From contig OZ244561.1 in assembly GCA_965217585.1 (NCBI GenBank), forward strand, positions 3,616,001 to 3,680,000: DNA of 64,000 nucleotides, read 5' to 3'. The position numbers and the translations under genes were made by a program. The notes beneath the pieces are model-generated. The model was not told the DNA's origin. It saw only the letters and a list, made by a program, of their open reading frames with translations, and ran no database searches. Below, piece by piece: positions 62,889 to 64,000 of the stretch (the stretch's first letter is position 1; every line of letters begins with the position of its first letter). Source of the stretch: Candidatus Latescibacterota bacterium. GTDB taxonomy: Bacteria; Latescibacterota; UBA2968; UBA8231.

Positions 62889-64000
62889 TTAGCGGAGGAA
62901 GAACGTGCCCGAAAGCCGCACCTCGCGGATCTTCCGCGTCTTGTCTCGCAGGTGGTCTTTGTTGTTCTCGATGCGAATCCGCCCCTCGCCGCGGAAGTTC
63001 GCGCTGAAGTTGTAGGTCATGGACAACTGGGTGCGCCAGCGGTTCTCTTTGCCGTTGGGGACGCGCTCTTCGGCACCCGTGGCGATGGAGCGCGTTTCTC
63101 CTTCAAGCTTGTGTTCCAAGTTGAGGGTGACGTCGCTTTTGAGCCGGCCTAGCAGGGGCAGCCGCCGCGGCTTGAGGCTATGGGTGATCTTGAACGTGGT
63201 GGTCATGTGCTCTCTGTCGCGGGTGCCGCGCAGGGGCTGCGTGCCGTCGCCGCCCTCTGCGCCTGGTTCAAAATCTCGGCTCTCCGAGGTGGAGATCACG
63301 CGCTCGATGGTCGTCGTCGGTCCCCAGCGCCAACGGCCGTTCCACGACGCCCTGAACTCGGTCTTAGTCTCCTCGGAGAGCAGGTTGCCGGGCGCGAGGC
63401 TACCCTCGCCCTCGCTGGCCTCTGAGGTCTCAAAACTCGCGTTTACCTGCGCGCTGTTGATCAATCGCTTTATCAAGGGAATCCGGTCGGCTCGTCCCCA
63501 GCTAAGGCTCAAGCGCGGGTAGGTCCGATCATTGCGCACGCGCAGTCGTTGCTGCGAAGCGCCGCTGCGCTCTGAGGTTTGCTCCTTGGAGTTGACCTTG
63601 ACGCTAATGCCAAAGGGTAACCGCATCCCCGAGCCGGTCTCAAACGAGGCCGTGTGCGACCAATTGTCTTGGTGGGTCAGCCCTTGGGTTTCTTGCCGCA
63701 CCCGCAGTGTGTCTTCGAGGCCGAGTTGATAGGAGAGCGAGGGGCGGTGCAGCAAGTTAAAGTGGCGCGAGTTGGTGTTGCGTCGCCAACTGGCGTTTAC
63801 CGGCTCGACGATGCGGCCGGTCCATCCGGCGAGGCGGCGGAGGATATTGGGGCCTTTTGGTGGCTCGGGCTGGCTTTTCTCCTGCTCGGGCTGGCTTTTC
63901 TCCTGCTCGGGCTGGCTTTTCTCCTGCTCGGGTTGGCTTTTCTCCTGCTCGGGCTGGCTTTTCTCCTGCTTGGGTTGGCTTTTCTCCGAGGTTGGTGCGT
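62889..64000 (-). CDS. C-terminal part of a large outer-membrane beta-barrel, SprA/Sov-like (partial)
   Basis: Frame open to the window end; amphipathic strands; PSLSYQLG and TYNFS motifs; ends LSGTFFLR. Confidence 0.5.
   Translation of the reverse strand, partial: APTSEKSQPKQEKSQPEQEKSQPEQEKSQPEQEKSQPEQEKSQPEPPKGPNILRRLAGWTGRIVEPVNASWRRNTNSRHFNLLHRPSLSYQLGLEDTLRVRQETQGLTHQDNWSHTASFETGSGMRLPFGISVKVNSKEQTSERSGASQQRLRVRNDRTYPRLSLSWGRADRIPLIKRLINSAQVNASFETSEASEGEGSLAPGNLLSEETKTEFRASWNGRWRWGPTTTIERVISTSESRDFEPGAEGGDGTQPLRGTRDREHMTTTFKITHSLKPRRLPLLGRLKSDVTLNLEHKLEGETRSIATGAEERVPNGKENRWRTQLSMTYNFSANFRGEGRIRIENNKDHLRDKTRKIREVRLSGTFFLR
63863..63987 (-). repeat. 21-bp coding tandem repeat x6 (EKSQPEQ)
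   Basis: GCTCGGGCTGGCTTTTCTCCT units, nearly identical. Confidence 0.9.

Noticed and set aside
1174-63729. Numerous overlapping or antisense ORFs (e.g. 1174-2010, 2441-3331, 39391-40416, 49557-50582) and long N-terminal extensions in the ORF track
   Set aside because: Arg/Pro/Gly-rich shadow frames typical of high-GC DNA overlapping well-supported genes; their recurrence in the array only reflects paralogy.

Overview
GC-rich bacterial chromosome segment. Gene content (FlgD/T9SS-like C-terminal domains, SprA-like barrel, a 'TAV..xSWGxIK' tail) suggests an FCB-group lineage such as Ca. Latescibacterota or Gemmatimonadota; this is inference. The flanks are mostly housekeeping: a HigBA-type toxin-antitoxin pair, murA, tRNA-Phe, a sulfatase, an ECF sigma/anti-sigma module, PreP, anmK, a GtrA/GT22/TMTC-like glycosylation trio, feoAB, and a sprA-like/comEA/pilM/pilN/coaD/dprA run. 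The centre (about 14.4-44.1 kb, all minus strand) is a ~30 kb surface-protein locus. It holds six mosaic paralogs (lectin-like N-domain, FG-GAP repeats, FlgD/T9SS-like CTD) with hypervariable loops, and two repeat-containing TlpA oxidoreductases sitting inside the 5' and 3' shell of such a paralog. It also holds three discoidin-like proteins with FTPNGDG-type CTDs and two large putative beta-barrel partners. The locus carries two duplicated sigma54 promoters with the same core and IHF-like site but different phased palindrome arrays (CGTA/TACG vs CGTG/CACG) at enhancer distance. This suggests separately switchable sub-arrays of a diversifying surface repertoire. All calls come from reading the sequence; no searches were run.
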